64,000 nt of DNA from Auanema rhodensis (Eukaryota; Animalia; Nematoda). Each line of letters begins with the position of its first letter. The first letter of the stretch is position 1. The notes under the pieces are model-generated. The model saw only the letters and a list, made by a program, of their open reading frames with translations, did no database searches and had not been told where the DNA came from. Positions 43,199 through 54,900 of the stretch are shown here, piece by piece. The stretch lies in contig OZ059900.1 of NCBI GenBank assembly GCA_964057225.1, positions 14,508,001 through 14,572,000 of the forward strand, given 5' to 3'. Both the position numbers and the translations under genes were made by a program.

Positions 43199-43565
43199 AA
43201 TGTTTTTGTTCTGATTCATCGTTATTGAATGTTATGCTATTTTTGTTTTCTTCAAAAAGTCGGATAAAAACGATAATTATTAGAAAAAAGATTGTTTTAA
43301 ACTCTCTGCTTTTTCAAAAGTGATTTGAGCTTGTGATTTTTTTTCAAATTTTCAAACATTTCTATTTAATTTAAGTGTTCTATATTAATCACGATGAAAA
43401 AAATTGAAACGTCAGCGTTAATCAATTGTTCATTGTAACACCAAACTTCAATTAGCTCTTTGTGTAAAGTAGGCCATAAAACAAGATATGTTAGAGACAG
43501 TGTTTCATTTTTCTACTTTAATTCAAACTCACACTCTTAATGAAAGTTTCTAAGTGCAAGTTCAA

Positions 43566-43637
43566 TCCTCGGTAGTATAGTGGTGAGTATCCGCGTCTGT
43601 CACATGCGAGACCCGGGTTCAATTCCCGGCCGGGGAG
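43566..43637 (+). tRNA. tRNA-Asp(GTC)
   Basis: Consensus copy. Confidence 0.95.
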
Positions 43638-44003
43638 AATGTTTTTTTTCTGATTCATCGTTATTGAATGTTATGCTATTTTTGTTTTCTTCAAAAAGTC
43701 GGATAAAAACGATAATTATTAGAAAAAAGATTGTTTTAAACTTTCTGCTTTTTCAAAAGTGATTTGAGCTTGTGTTTTTTTTTAAATTCTTAAACATTTC
43801 CATTTAATTTAAATGTTCTATCTCAATTACGATGAAAAAAATTGAAACGTCAGCGTTAATCAATTGTTCATTCTAACACCAAACTTCAATTAGCTCTTTG
43901 AGTAAAGTAGGCCATAAATCAAGATATGTTAGAGACAGTGTTTCATTTTTCTACTTTAATTCAAACTCACACTCTTAATGAAAGTTTCTAAGTGCAAATT
44001 CAA

Positions 44004-44075
44004 TCCTCGGTAGTATAGTAGTGAGTATCCGCGTCTGTCACATGCGAGACCCGGGTTCAATTCCCGGCCGGGGAG
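44004..44075 (+). tRNA. tRNA-Asp(GTC) variant
   Basis: G18A. Confidence 0.85.
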
Positions 44076-44441
44076 AATGTTTTTGTTCTGATTCATCGTT
44101 ATTGAATGTTATGCTATTTTTGTTTTCTTCAAAAAGTCGGATAAAGACGATAATTATTAGAAAAAAAAATTGTTTTAAACTTTCTGCTTTTTCAAAAGTG
44201 ATTTGAGCTTGTGATTTTTTTAAATTCTTAAACATTTCTATTTAATTTAAGTGTTCTATATTAATTACGATGAAAAAAATTGAAACGTCAGCGTTAATCA
44301 ATTGTTCATTGTAACACCAAACTTCAATTAGCTCTTTGTGTGAAGTAGGCCATAAAACAAGATATGTTAGAGACAGTGTTTCATTTTTCTACTTTAATTC
44401 AAACTCACACTCTTAATGAAAGTTTCTAAGTGCAAATTCAA

Positions 44442-44513
44442 TCCTCGGTAGTATAGTGGTGAGTATCCGCGTCTGTCACATGCGAGACCCGGGTTCAATT
44501 CCCGGCCGGGGAA
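44442..44513 (+). tRNA. tRNA-Asp(GTC) variant
   Basis: Discriminator G73A. Confidence 0.85.
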
Positions 44514-44879
44514 AATGTTTTTGTTCTGATTCATCGTTATTGAATGTTATGCTATTTTTGTTTTCTTCAAAAAGTCGGATAAAAACGATAATTATTAGAA
44601 AAAAGATTGTTTTAAACTTTCTGCTTTTTCAAAAGTGATTTGAGCTTGTGTTTTTTTTTAAATTCTTAAACATTTCCATTTAATTTAAATGTTCTATCTC
44701 AATTACGATGAAAAAAATTGAAACGTCAGCGTTAATCAATTGTTCATTCTAACACCAAACTTCAATTAGCTCTTTGAGTAAAGTAGGCCATAAATCAAGA
44801 TATGTTAGAGACAGTGTTTCATTTTTCTACTTTAATTCAAACTCACACTCTTAACGAAAGTTTCTAAGTGCAAATTCAA

Positions 44880-44951
44880 TCCTCGGTAGTATAGTAGTGA
44901 GTATCCGCGTCTGTCACATGCGAGACCCGGGTTCAATTCCCGGCCGGAGAG
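44880..44951 (+). tRNA. tRNA-Asp(GTC) variant
   Basis: G18A, G70A. Confidence 0.8.
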
Positions 44952-45318
44952 AATGTTTTTGTTCTGATTCATCGTTATTGAATGTTATGCTATTTTTGTT
45001 TTCTTCAAAAAGTCGGATAAAGACAATAATTATTAGAAAAAAGATTGTTTTAAACTTTCTGCTTTTTCAAAAGTGGTTTGAGCTTGTGATTTTTTTTTAA
45101 ATTTTCAAACATTTCTATTTAATTTAAGTGTTCTATCTTAATTACGATGAAAAAAATTGAAACGTCAGCGTTAATCAATTGTTCATTGTAACACCAAACT
45201 TCAATTAGCTCTTTGTGTAAAGTAGGCCATAAAACAAGATATGTTAGAGACAGTGTTTCATTTTTCTACTTTAATTCAAACTCACACTCTTAATGAAAGT
45301 TTCTAAGTGCAAATTCAA

Positions 45319-45390
45319 TCCTCGGTAGTATAGTGGTGAGTATCCGCGTCTGTCACATGCGAGACCCGGGTTCAATTCCCGGCCGGGGAG
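45319..45390 (+). tRNA. tRNA-Asp(GTC)
   Basis: Consensus copy. Confidence 0.95.
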
Positions 45391-45757
45391 AATGTTTTTG
45401 TTCTGATTCATCGTTATTGAATGTTATGCTATTTTTGTTTTCTTCAAAAAGTCGGATAAAAACGATAATTATTAGAAAAAAGATTGTTTTAAACTTTCTG
45501 CTTTTTCAAAAGTGATTTGAGCTTGTGATTTTTTTTTAAATTTTCAAATATTTCTATTTAATTTAAGTGTTCTATATTAATTACGATGAAAAAAATTGAA
45601 ACGTCAGCGTTAATCAATTGTTCATTGTAACACCAAACTTCAATTAGCTCTTTGTGTAAAGTAGGCCATAAATCAAGATATGTTAGAGACAGTCTTTCAT
45701 TTTCCTACTTTAATTCAAACTCACACTCTTAATGAAAGTTTCTAAGTGCAAATTCAA

Positions 45758-45829
45758 TCCTCGGTAGTAAAGTGGTGAGTATCCGCGTCTGTCACATGCG
45801 AGACCCGGGTTCAATTCCCGGCCGGGGAG
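45758..45829 (+). tRNA. tRNA-Asp(GTC) variant
   Basis: T13A. Confidence 0.9.
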
Positions 45830-46196
45830 AATGTTTTTGTTCTGATTCATCGTTATTGAATGTTATGCTATTTTTGTTTTCTTCAAAAAGTCGGATAAAA
45901 ACGATAATTATTAGAAAAAAGATTGTTTTAAACTCTCTGCTTTTTCAAAAGTGATTTGAGCTTGTGATTTTTTTTCAAATTTTCAAACATTTCTATTTAA
46001 TTTAAGTGTTCTATATTAATCACGATGAAAAAAATTGAAACGTCAGCGTTAATCAATTGTTCATTGTAACACCAAACTTCAATTAGCTCTTTGTGTAAAG
46101 TAGGCCATAAAACAAGATATGTTAGAGACAGTGTTTCATTTTTCTACTTTAATTCAAACTCACACTCTTAATGAAAGTTTCTAAGTGCAAGTTCAA

Positions 46197-46268
46197 TCCT
46201 CGGTAGTATAGTGGTGAGTATCCGCGTCTGTCACATGCGAGACCCGGGTTCAATTCCCGGCCGGGGAG
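46197..46268 (+). tRNA. tRNA-Asp(GTC)
   Basis: Consensus copy. Confidence 0.95.
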
Positions 46269-46634
46269 AATGTTTTTTTTCTGATTCATCGTTATTGAAT
46301 GTTATGCTATTTTTGTTTTCTTCAAAAAGTCGGATAAAAACGATAATTATTAGAAAAAAGATTGTTTTAAACTTTCTGCTTTTTCAAAAGTGATTTGAGC
46401 TTGTGATTTTTTTTAAATTTTCAAACATTTCTATTTAATTTAAGTGTTCTATATTAATCACGATGAAAAAAATTGAAACGTCAGCGTTAATCAATTGTTC
46501 ATTCTAACACCAAACTTCAATTAGCTCTTTGAGTAAAGTAGGCCATAAATCAAGATATGTTAGAGACAGTGTTTCATTTTTCTACTTTAATTCAAACTCA
46601 CACTCTTAACGAAAGTTTCTAAGTGCAAATTCAA

Positions 46635-46706
46635 TCCTCGGTAGTATAGTAGTGAGTATCCGCGTCTGTCACATGCGAGACCCGGGTTCAATTCCAGGCC
46701 GGGGAG
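46635..46706 (+). tRNA. tRNA-Asp(GTC) variant
   Basis: G18A, T-stem C63A. Confidence 0.8.
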
Positions 46707-47072
46707 AATGTTTTTGTTCTGATTCATCGTTATTGAATGTTATGCTATTTTTGTTTTCTTCAAAAAGTCGGATAAAAACGATAATTATTAGAAAAAAGAT
46801 TGTTTTAAACTTTCTGCTTTTTCAAAAGTGATTTGAGCTTGTGATTTTTTTTAAATTCTTAAACATTTCCATTTAATTTAAATGTTCTATCTCAATTACG
46901 ATGAAAAAAATTGAAACGTCAGCGTTAATCAATTGTTCATTCTAACACCAAACTTCAATTAGCTCTCTGAGTAAAGTAGGCCATAAATCAAGATATGTTA
47001 GAGACAGTGTTTCATTTTTCTACTTTAATTCAAACTCACACTCTTAATGAAAGTTTCTAAGTGCAAATTCAA

Positions 47073-47144
47073 TCCTCGGTAGTATAGTAGTGAGTATCCG
47101 CGTCTGTCACATGCGAGACCCGGGTTCAATTCCCGGCCGGGGAG
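47073..47144 (+). tRNA. tRNA-Asp(GTC) variant
   Basis: G18A. Confidence 0.85.
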
Positions 47145-47511
47145 AATGTTTTTGTTCTGATTCATCGTTATTGAATGTTATGCTATTTTTGTTTTCTTCA
47201 AAAAGTCGGATAAAGACGATAATTATTAGAAAAAAAAATTGTTTTAAACTTTCTGCTTTTTCAAAAGTGATTTGAGCTTGTGATTTTTTTTAAATTCTTA
47301 AACATTTCTATTTAATTTAAGTGTTCTATATTAATTACGATGAAAAAAATTGAAACGTCAGCGTTAATCAATTGTTCATTGTAACACCAAACTTCAATTA
47401 GCTCTTTGTGTGAAGTAGGCCATAAAACAAGATATGTTAGAGACAGTGTTTCATTTTTCTACTTTAATTCAAACTCACACTCTTAATGAAAGTTTCTAAG
47501 TGCAAATTCAA

Positions 47512-47583
47512 TCCTCGGTAGTATAGTGGTGAGTATCCGCGTCTGTCACATGCGAGACCCGGGTTCAATTCCCGGCCGGGGAA
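47512..47583 (+). tRNA. tRNA-Asp(GTC) variant
   Basis: G73A. Confidence 0.85.
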
Positions 47584-47950
47584 AATGTTTTTGTTCTGAT
47601 TCATCGTTATTGAATGTTATGCTATTTTTGTTTTCTTCAAAAAGTCGGATAAAAACGATAATTATTAGAAAAAAGATTGTTTTAAACTTTCTGCTTTTTC
47701 AAAAGTGATTTGAGCTTGTGATTTTTTTTTAAATTTTCAAACATTTTTATTTAATTTAAGTGTTCTATATTAATTACGATGAAAAAAATTGAAACGTCAG
47801 CGTTAATCAATTGTTCATTGTAACACCAAACTTCAATTAGTTCTTTGTGTAAAGTAGGCCATAAAACAAGATATGTTAGAGACAGTGTTTCATTTTTCTA
47901 CTTTAATTCAAACTCACACTCTTAATGAAAGTTTCTAAGTGCAAATTCAA

Positions 47951-48022
47951 TCCTCGGTAGTATAGTGGTGAGTATCCGCGTCTGTCACATGCGAGACCCG
48001 GGTTCAATTCCCGGCCGGGGAG
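47951..48022 (+). tRNA. tRNA-Asp(GTC)
   Basis: Consensus copy. Confidence 0.95.
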
Positions 48023-48388
48023 AATGTTTTTGTTCTGATTCATCGTTATTGAATGTTATGCTATTTTTGTTTTCTTCAAAAAGTCGGATAAAGACGATAA
48101 TTATTAGAAAAAAGATTGTTTTAAACTTTCTGCTTTTTCAAAAGTGATTTGAGCTTGTGATTTTTTTTAAATTCTTAAACATTTCCATTTAATATAAATG
48201 TTCTATCTCAATTACGATGAAAAAAATTGAAACGTCAGCGTTAATCAATTGTTCATTCTAACACCAAACTTCAATTAGCTCTTTGAGTAAAGTAGGCCAT
48301 AAATCAAGATATGTTAGAGACAGTGTTTCATTTTTCTACTTTAATTCAAACTCACACTCTTAATGAAAGTTTCTAAGTGCAAATTCAA

Positions 48389-48460
48389 TCCTCGGTAGTA
48401 TAGTGGTGAGTATCCGCGTCTGTCACATGCGAGACCCGGGTTCAATTCCCGGCCGGGGAG
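48389..48460 (+). tRNA. tRNA-Asp(GTC)
   Basis: Consensus copy. Confidence 0.95.
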
Positions 48461-48826
48461 AATGTTTTTGTTCTGATTCATCGTTATTGAATGTTATGCG
48501 ATTTTTGTTTTCTTCAAAAAGTCGGATAAAGACGATAATTATTAGAAAAAAGATTGTTTTAAACTTTCTGCTTTTTCAAAAGTGATTTGAGCTTGTGATT
48601 TTTTTTAAATTCTTAAACATTTCCATTTAATATAAATGTTCTATCTCAATTACGATGAAAAAAATTGAAACGTCAGCGTTAATCAATTGTTCATTCTAAC
48701 ACCAAACTTCAATTAGCTCTTTGAGTAAAGTAGGCCATAAATCAAGATATGTTAGAGACAGTGTTTCATTTTTCTACTTTAATTCAAACTCACACTCTTA
48801 ATGAAAGTTTCTAAGTGCAAATTCAA

Positions 48827-48898
48827 TCCTCGGTAGTATAGTAGTGAGTATCCGCGTTTGTCACATGCGAGACCCGGGTTCAATTCCCGGCCGGGGAG
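48827..48898 (+). tRNA. tRNA-Asp(GTC) variant
   Basis: G18A, C32T. Confidence 0.8.
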
Positions 48899-49265
48899 AA
48901 TGTTTTTGTTCTGATTCATCGTTATTGAATGTTATGCTATTTTTGTTTTCTTCAAAAAGTCGGATAAAGACGATAATTATTAGAAAAAAGATTGTTTTAA
49001 ACTTTCTGCTTTTTCAAAAGTGGTTTGAGCTTGTGATTTTTTTTTAAATTTTCAAACATTTCTATTTAATTTAAGTGTTCTATCTTAATTACGATGGAAA
49101 AAATTGAAACGTCAGCGTTAATCAATTGTTCATTGTAACACCAAACTTCAATTAGCTCTTTGTGTAAAGTAGGCCATAAAACAAGATATGTTAGAGACAG
49201 TGTTTCATTTTTCTACTTTAATTCAAACTCACACTCTTAATGAAAGTTTCTAAGTGCAAATTCAA

Positions 49266-49337
49266 TCCTCGGTAGTATAGTGGTGAGTATCCGCGTCTGT
49301 CACATGCGAGACCCGGGTTCAATTCCCGGCCGGGGAG
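49266..49337 (+). tRNA. tRNA-Asp(GTC)
   Basis: Consensus copy. Confidence 0.95.
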
Positions 49338-49709
49338 AATGTTTTTGTTCTGATTCATCGTTATTGAATGTTATGCTATTTTTGTTTTTTTCCAAAAGTC
49401 GGATAAAAAAGATAATTATTAGAAAAAAGGTTGTTTTATTTTAAACTTTCTGTTTTTTCAAAAGTGATTTGAGCTTGTGTTTTTTTTCTAAATTGTTAAA
49501 CATTTCCATTTAATTTAAATGTTCTATCTCAATTACGATGAAAAAAAATGGAACGTCAGCGTTAATCAATTGTTCATTGTAACACCAAACTTCAATTAGC
49601 TCTTTGAGTAAAGTAGGCCATAAATCAAGATATGTTAAAGACAGTGTTTCATTTTTCTACTTTAATTCAAACTCACACTCTTAATGAAAGTTTCTAAGTG
49701 CAAATTCAA

Positions 49710-49781
49710 TCCTCGGTAGTATAGTGGTGAGTATCCGCGTCTGTCACATGCGAGACCCGGGTTCAATTCCCGGCCGGGGAG
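49710..49781 (+). tRNA. tRNA-Asp(GTC)
   Basis: Consensus copy. Confidence 0.95.
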
Positions 49782-50142
49782 AATGTTTTTGTTCTGATTC
49801 ATCGTTATTGAATGTTATGCTATTTTTGTTTTTTTCCAAAAGTCGGATAAAAACGATAATTATTAGAAAAAAGATTGTTTTAAACTTTCTGCTTTTTCAA
49901 AAGTGATTTGAGCTTGTGATTTTTTTTCAAATTTTCAAACATTTCTATTTAATTTAAGTGTTCTATATTAATTACGATGAAAAAAATTGAAACGTCAGCG
50001 TTAATCAATTGTTCATTGTAACACCAAACTTCAATTAGCTCTTTGTGTAAAGTAGGCCATAAAACAAGATATGTTAGAGACTGTCGCTTCGGCGAAGGTA
50101 TTCGGTTGTCGGTATTCCGCTGAGAATTAATAGAACAGATAG

Positions 50143-50844
50143 TCAGTGGTTGTTTTCATTAGGTTCAATACCCCTTATAACGACCAAAGCTTTATCGGAT
50201 AAGCCTTCGAGTAAAATGTTCACTTTATCAAGTATGGAATATTGTGAATTTTGATGTATCATGTTATTAAATCTTGACCAATACAGTTTGAAATTTTCGG
50301 CTGTACCATCGAAAGTCGGTATTTGTGTTACCGGACGTTGAATGTGATTGCTTGTTTGTAACAATTGTAATAAATTTGAATAAATTTGTGTTGTTTCGGA
50401 ACCAGTGCTTTCGATTACTTTTTCTTTCTTTTTCTCGGGAAGTAGTGATTCCACGAATGCAATTGCTGTTTTAATATGACTGATACGGTCAAGGAGTAAT
50501 AATCTTTGTTCGTCAGCTATATTGTAAGCTTGACGATTGTTTGGATTTTCTTCAAGTTCTTCGTATAATGCTTTCATTTCGTTTCGAAGTTCCTTATCAA
50601 AATCTTTGAAAACGGTTTGGTATTTTTCTATGTTTCTGTTCACTGTGTCGAGAGCAGTAGAGAGCTCGTTCAATACCAATTCATGATTGCGTAAAGTTGA
50701 TTGCAGTAAAATAATTCTATCGTATGTTATTTCTGAATCAGATACCCCGGCGGGTTCGTTGTCGAGAAGATTTGCGTAACGTTTGAGCAAAACGGATAAG
50801 AAATCGTATGAACGACGAATGTCGCCAACAAATGAGGAGGCCAT
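50143..50844 (-). pseudogene. Truncated gag of the deleted BEL-B copy (233 aa)
   Basis: Same as the N-terminus of the 2637-aa ORF except P>A; stops just inside the LTR fragment. Confidence 0.9.
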
Positions 50845-51113
50845 TTCTAACGCTGTGTGAGGCGTAATAGGTAAGCTTCTATAGCTGATAATGATGAATA
50901 AAATTCAGAAAATGAGAGAGAACAAGAAATGAAAGTTGTACAAAGTACAACAAATGAGTATGAGATATACGACTTGTCGTATCTTGGAGCGTTATTATGC
51001 TCCGAAATTATATCGATTACTGCAGGCAAATTCACGCCTGAGCTGATGGACTTAAGAGTCGCCACCAAATTAAATGATAAAGTACCTGTTGAAGCAGTGA
51101 CCTGAGTCGTGAT

Positions 51114-51126
51114 GGTCGATGCACCA
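51114..51126 (-). promoter_or_regulatory. Primer binding site, tRNA-Gly(GCC), of the deleted copy
   Basis: TGGTGCATCGACC one base after the LTR end. Confidence 0.85.
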
Positions 51127-51127
51127 A

Positions 51128-51423
51128 TGTCGCTTCGGCGAAGGTATTCGGTTGTCGGTATTCCGCTGAGAATTAATAGAACAGATAGTCAGTGGTAGAA
51201 TGCTTTATTAAAGAATTAACAATTCAACAAAATATAGATCGTCTATAGTCCGTTGAGGTTTGGTTGAGGTATATCGTATTTTCCGATCCCAAAGATGAAG
51301 ATATGGGAAGGCGGGCCGAAAAGTACAATCTGAAATAGACAAAGTAAAGGAAAACGATAAAAACAAAACTGAAATGGAACAAAACATAGAAAAAAGAATA
51401 AAAAATAATCGCTAACCGCGACA
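51128..51423 (-). repeat. Complete BEL-B LTR (296 bp), shared between full and deleted copies
   Basis: TGTCGC...GCGACA termini; GCGGCGGCAG before it and a PBS after it on the minus strand. Confidence 0.92.
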
Positions 51424-51435
51424 CTGCCGCCGCAG

Positions 51436-51906
51436 CTAAGCCATTGGCCTTTTGCGACGTTGTCCGTCGCATAATGACCCATGATGCTTATCAGAGTTGC
51501 ATTTGTAGCAGTTAGTGCTACAGGGATGCTCGTGTAGAGCCGATAAGCATCGTAAGCATAATTTCAATTGATGAGCGCGGATTCCACGCTCCATTACAGA
51601 TGAATAGATGGGACAATTGCCTGTGCGGTGACCATCAGTAGTCACTTGATCGCAAAATAGGCAAGTTTTCGTTGGTTGCGTTTGTAATCGAATCAAATTC
51701 TGATTTTCATTCAGAATTTTCATAGCTTCAGAAATGATTCTGAAGTGATTGTCCAAATACTCACTCATGTATTGGAACTTTCGATTTAAACGATTTTCAA
51801 CGAGAACAAGAGTTCGAATAGAGGTAGGAAGGTTAGAATAGGAAGGATCTTTCAATTCTTCCTCAAAAGATGGTTCATTATGAACTGTAATAGAATCAGA
51901 ATCCAT
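51436..51906 (-). CDS. BEL-B accessory protein: coiled coil, three Cys/His knuckles, basic C-terminus (start at ATG 51906)
   Basis: SFEEELK...LP, CLFC..DGHRTGNCPIY, CLRCL..H..C, CYKC..HH..C, RRKRP; homolog of 5392-5859. Confidence 0.85.
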   Translation of the reverse strand: MDSDSITVHNEPSFEEELKDPSYSNLPTSIRTLVLVENRLNRKFQYMSEYLDNHFRIISEAMKILNENQNLIRLQTQPTKTCLFCDQVTTDGHRTGNCPIYSSVMERGIRAHQLKLCLRCLSALHEHPCSTNCYKCNSDKHHGSLCDGQRRKRPMA

Positions 51907-51942
51907 GACAACAAATAATTTCAAAAATGAGGATAACAATGC

Positions 51943-51949
51943 TTATATA
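51943..51949 (-). promoter_or_regulatory. Candidate TATA box for the BEL-B accessory ORF
   Basis: TATATAAG ~37 bp upstream of ATG 51906. Confidence 0.5.
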
Positions 51950-51986
51950 GTAAGATTTTTAAGGATAGTACGGAATTAGTTCAATG

Positions 51987-54900
51987 TTAAAATCTTCTAT
52001 CAAAACAAAGATTTCTAAGAATAAAGAAAAACTTGGTTGTTGTATCTATTATGATTTTAATAGTACGGAAAGCTGTGATCAAGAAAAAATAAATGGCTGG
52101 AGTACAACCTAGGTATCCCAAAAAACATATGATGATCAGAAAAACAACGCAGATTGAAAACATCATCCAGTGTTCTTTAAAAAGTTTCAAAAAAGGAATT
52201 ATGTCAGGTATTATAACTGAATTCTGATTTGAATGAATTTCATTTGGTTCATTAGTAGATGAATTAAAATATAATTGTCCCGTTACAATTATATCAATTT
52301 TTTCATGATTACATTTAGTATGACAAACTTCATTTATAATTGAATTATCTCTTTTAATATTGATATTTGTAATTTCATTGAAGGGTGAACATTTAATCAT
52401 GAATACATCTTTTGAACACTCGATCGGTATCCATGTTTCTTTAGATGACATACAAGAAAACAATGCAGATGCACCCTGCCCACAGGAATAACATCCGGAG
52501 AGACTGATCAATAAGGGACGACAAGGTATATCATAGGAAAATGTATTACTGTCATATAAAAGTTCAGAATCAATTGAAACTGTAGTTTCATCAGACTGAG
52601 TTCGAAAAGTTAAGGATGTATCGGGTTTATAGATTGTCTCCGTGTTTGCCATATACGGAGGTAAAATATGAGAAAAATGTGTGAAATTATGTTGTGGACA
52701 TATACAGCCAGCAACATCATTATTGATTTTGTTACAAGTACAATCGATAACCGTTGTACATCTTGAAAAATTGTCGGAAATGTCTGCCTTCGAAATACAT
52801 TGTACCATAAATGGAAAATGTGGTTCAACAGCAAAGATTTGATTGTTTGAAGCAACAAAATAATAATTATGAAGTGGAGTAGGAGGTTTGTCTTGTGTAT
52901 TGATCGTCATATTGAAAAAAGAGTAATTCATCTTCAAATATGGTGGAATTGTGATATTATAAATATTTTTATCTTTAACAATATGTGTTGTAATTTCAAA
53001 AGTTGAAGATGTTGTCCAATCTTCACATTTAAATACTTCAAATATGTCGTCCGAAGTAGGTACATGTTCTAATTTGTAGAAAAGACAAGGGTTTTCCCAA
53101 AATGTCAAACAACGCCATATATGTGCTGAAGACCGGACACATTTGGATTGTGTTGGATAATTATATGGTTCGAATTCAGAAATACGAGAGCGATGATTCA
53201 TAGTTTCACAAGTTTGATCACAAGATCCCATATGAGCACATCGAAAATCAACAGTTAGTTTAGGCAAAGTAGCCTTTGTAAAAAATTTTGTGGTTTTCTT
53301 ACATTCATAACTTGTATATAATTTTCGAATTTGAATATAACCAATAGAATGATTTTTAAATTTTATATCCAGGCATAAATCTTTAACTCCAGGAGAAAAA
53401 ACTGTTTGATCACTATATTGGTGATAACATTGAGTACGATTCAGACAATGTGTAGAAACCGAATGAATAACGTGATGATCGGTACAAGCAGTAGCATTAT
53501 TAATCAGAAATATCGTTAGTATACTGATAATTGATAATCGAGAACCTCTTTTCCAAAATGGAGGATATAATTCAGGTTCTATATGTGGAATATTCTCAGA
53601 TGAAGTTGGAGGAGGTTCAATAACTCCTAATTCAATATCATTCTGTTCCGGAGTATGAGGTCTAAGTGTGAAAAAAGAAGATATGTAACGAATAGTATTA
53701 GACCAGGAATTATATCGATATTGATGGAATCCTATGCGTATACAACAACAAAGGATGCCAAATAAACAACAAAGTGGTAAGAACAATGACCACATGGCAA
53801 GATGAGGAGCACAATGTGGGTTTCCAAGCAAATGTATGGATAAAAACTTTGCCTCATCACATACTACAGAATTTGCAGATGCTACGGGTAAAAATATCGA
53901 TATTATCGTAAAAATTAAAATTGCAGACGTCATTGCTGATTTGAAATTCTTTCGCGAAGCGTATGTGATGTGATCCCGTAAAGGTAAGGTGCGAACACGT
54001 TTTTCGTTTGTTTCAGTAGATGGTTTTACGTCGTTTTGGTCAATGGTAGGCAAAATTATGGTTTGTTTTGCTTTACTTGTGTTTTTCTTTTGTAATTTTT
54101 TACGATTATCGTCAGGCGTATGACCTGGACCCCATAATTGTAATTCAGCTTCTTCCTCAAGGATCGGATTATGTATCGAAGAAATTTTGGACGTAGGTAT
54201 GTAAATTTTTTGAGGATTATTAATATCTATTGGTTCAGGACATGTAACCACATTGTTCGTTTCATGGATTGAAGGTACAGGTGAGTTTGATCTTATAATA
54301 TATTCCTGTATTGGTTGAGCATCAAGGTTCATCATATCCGAAGCAGATCCTACCTTCAAAGACAATGAAGTGTCTTCGGAAGGAGTAGATCGAGGAATTG
54401 ATGTCATATCAGGTAAAACACTTCGTAATTCAAGTGGATATAGATGATTTAAGGAACGTGATATGATGTTCCCAGCTGGAGTGAGAACTTTAGCTGTACG
54501 AATGAATCCATCAGAACTACTTATAAGTTCTGTGATTCGACCAAGTTTCCATTGACCACGAGGTAAGTTATCGTTATGTATAACTACAATTTCACCAATA
54601 TTAGGTTTATTGGCATTTGCTGAAGGTTGTTTTCGGGAATGTTTGTATATATCACGAATATATATCAAATATTCTGTTTGAAATTTATCCCAAAACATCG
54701 TAGCTGCATCAGAAGTAAGTTGTAAAGTTTCTAATGCTTGTTCAACGTTTTGTATTACAGGAATATCAATGGAATTATTATAAACTCGAGAACCACAATC
54801 ATCCGGTAGGGAAAGAACAAGACCAGGCGAAATGAAATCGACAGGACGAATAGGTACGTGATTTATATTATTTGGATCTGGATGTGTTAAAGGCCTTGTG

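Larger units (their letters stand above)
34964..50081 (+). repeat. tRNA-Asp tandem array block, 34 tRNA copies
   Basis: Head-to-tail 438-444 bp units. Confidence 0.98.
50082..51127 (-). mobile_element. Internally deleted tandem copy of BEL-B (PBS, leader, first ~232 codons of gag, fused to the last 69 bp of an LTR)
   Basis: 50151-51127 duplicates 59207-60183 (one substitution seen); 50082-50150 matches the LTR end. Confidence 0.92.

Noticed and set aside
18950-50081. CRISPR-like regular repeat
   Set aside because: Spacers are near-identical rather than unique, the period is 439 bp, the repeat is a tRNA gene, and there are no cas genes
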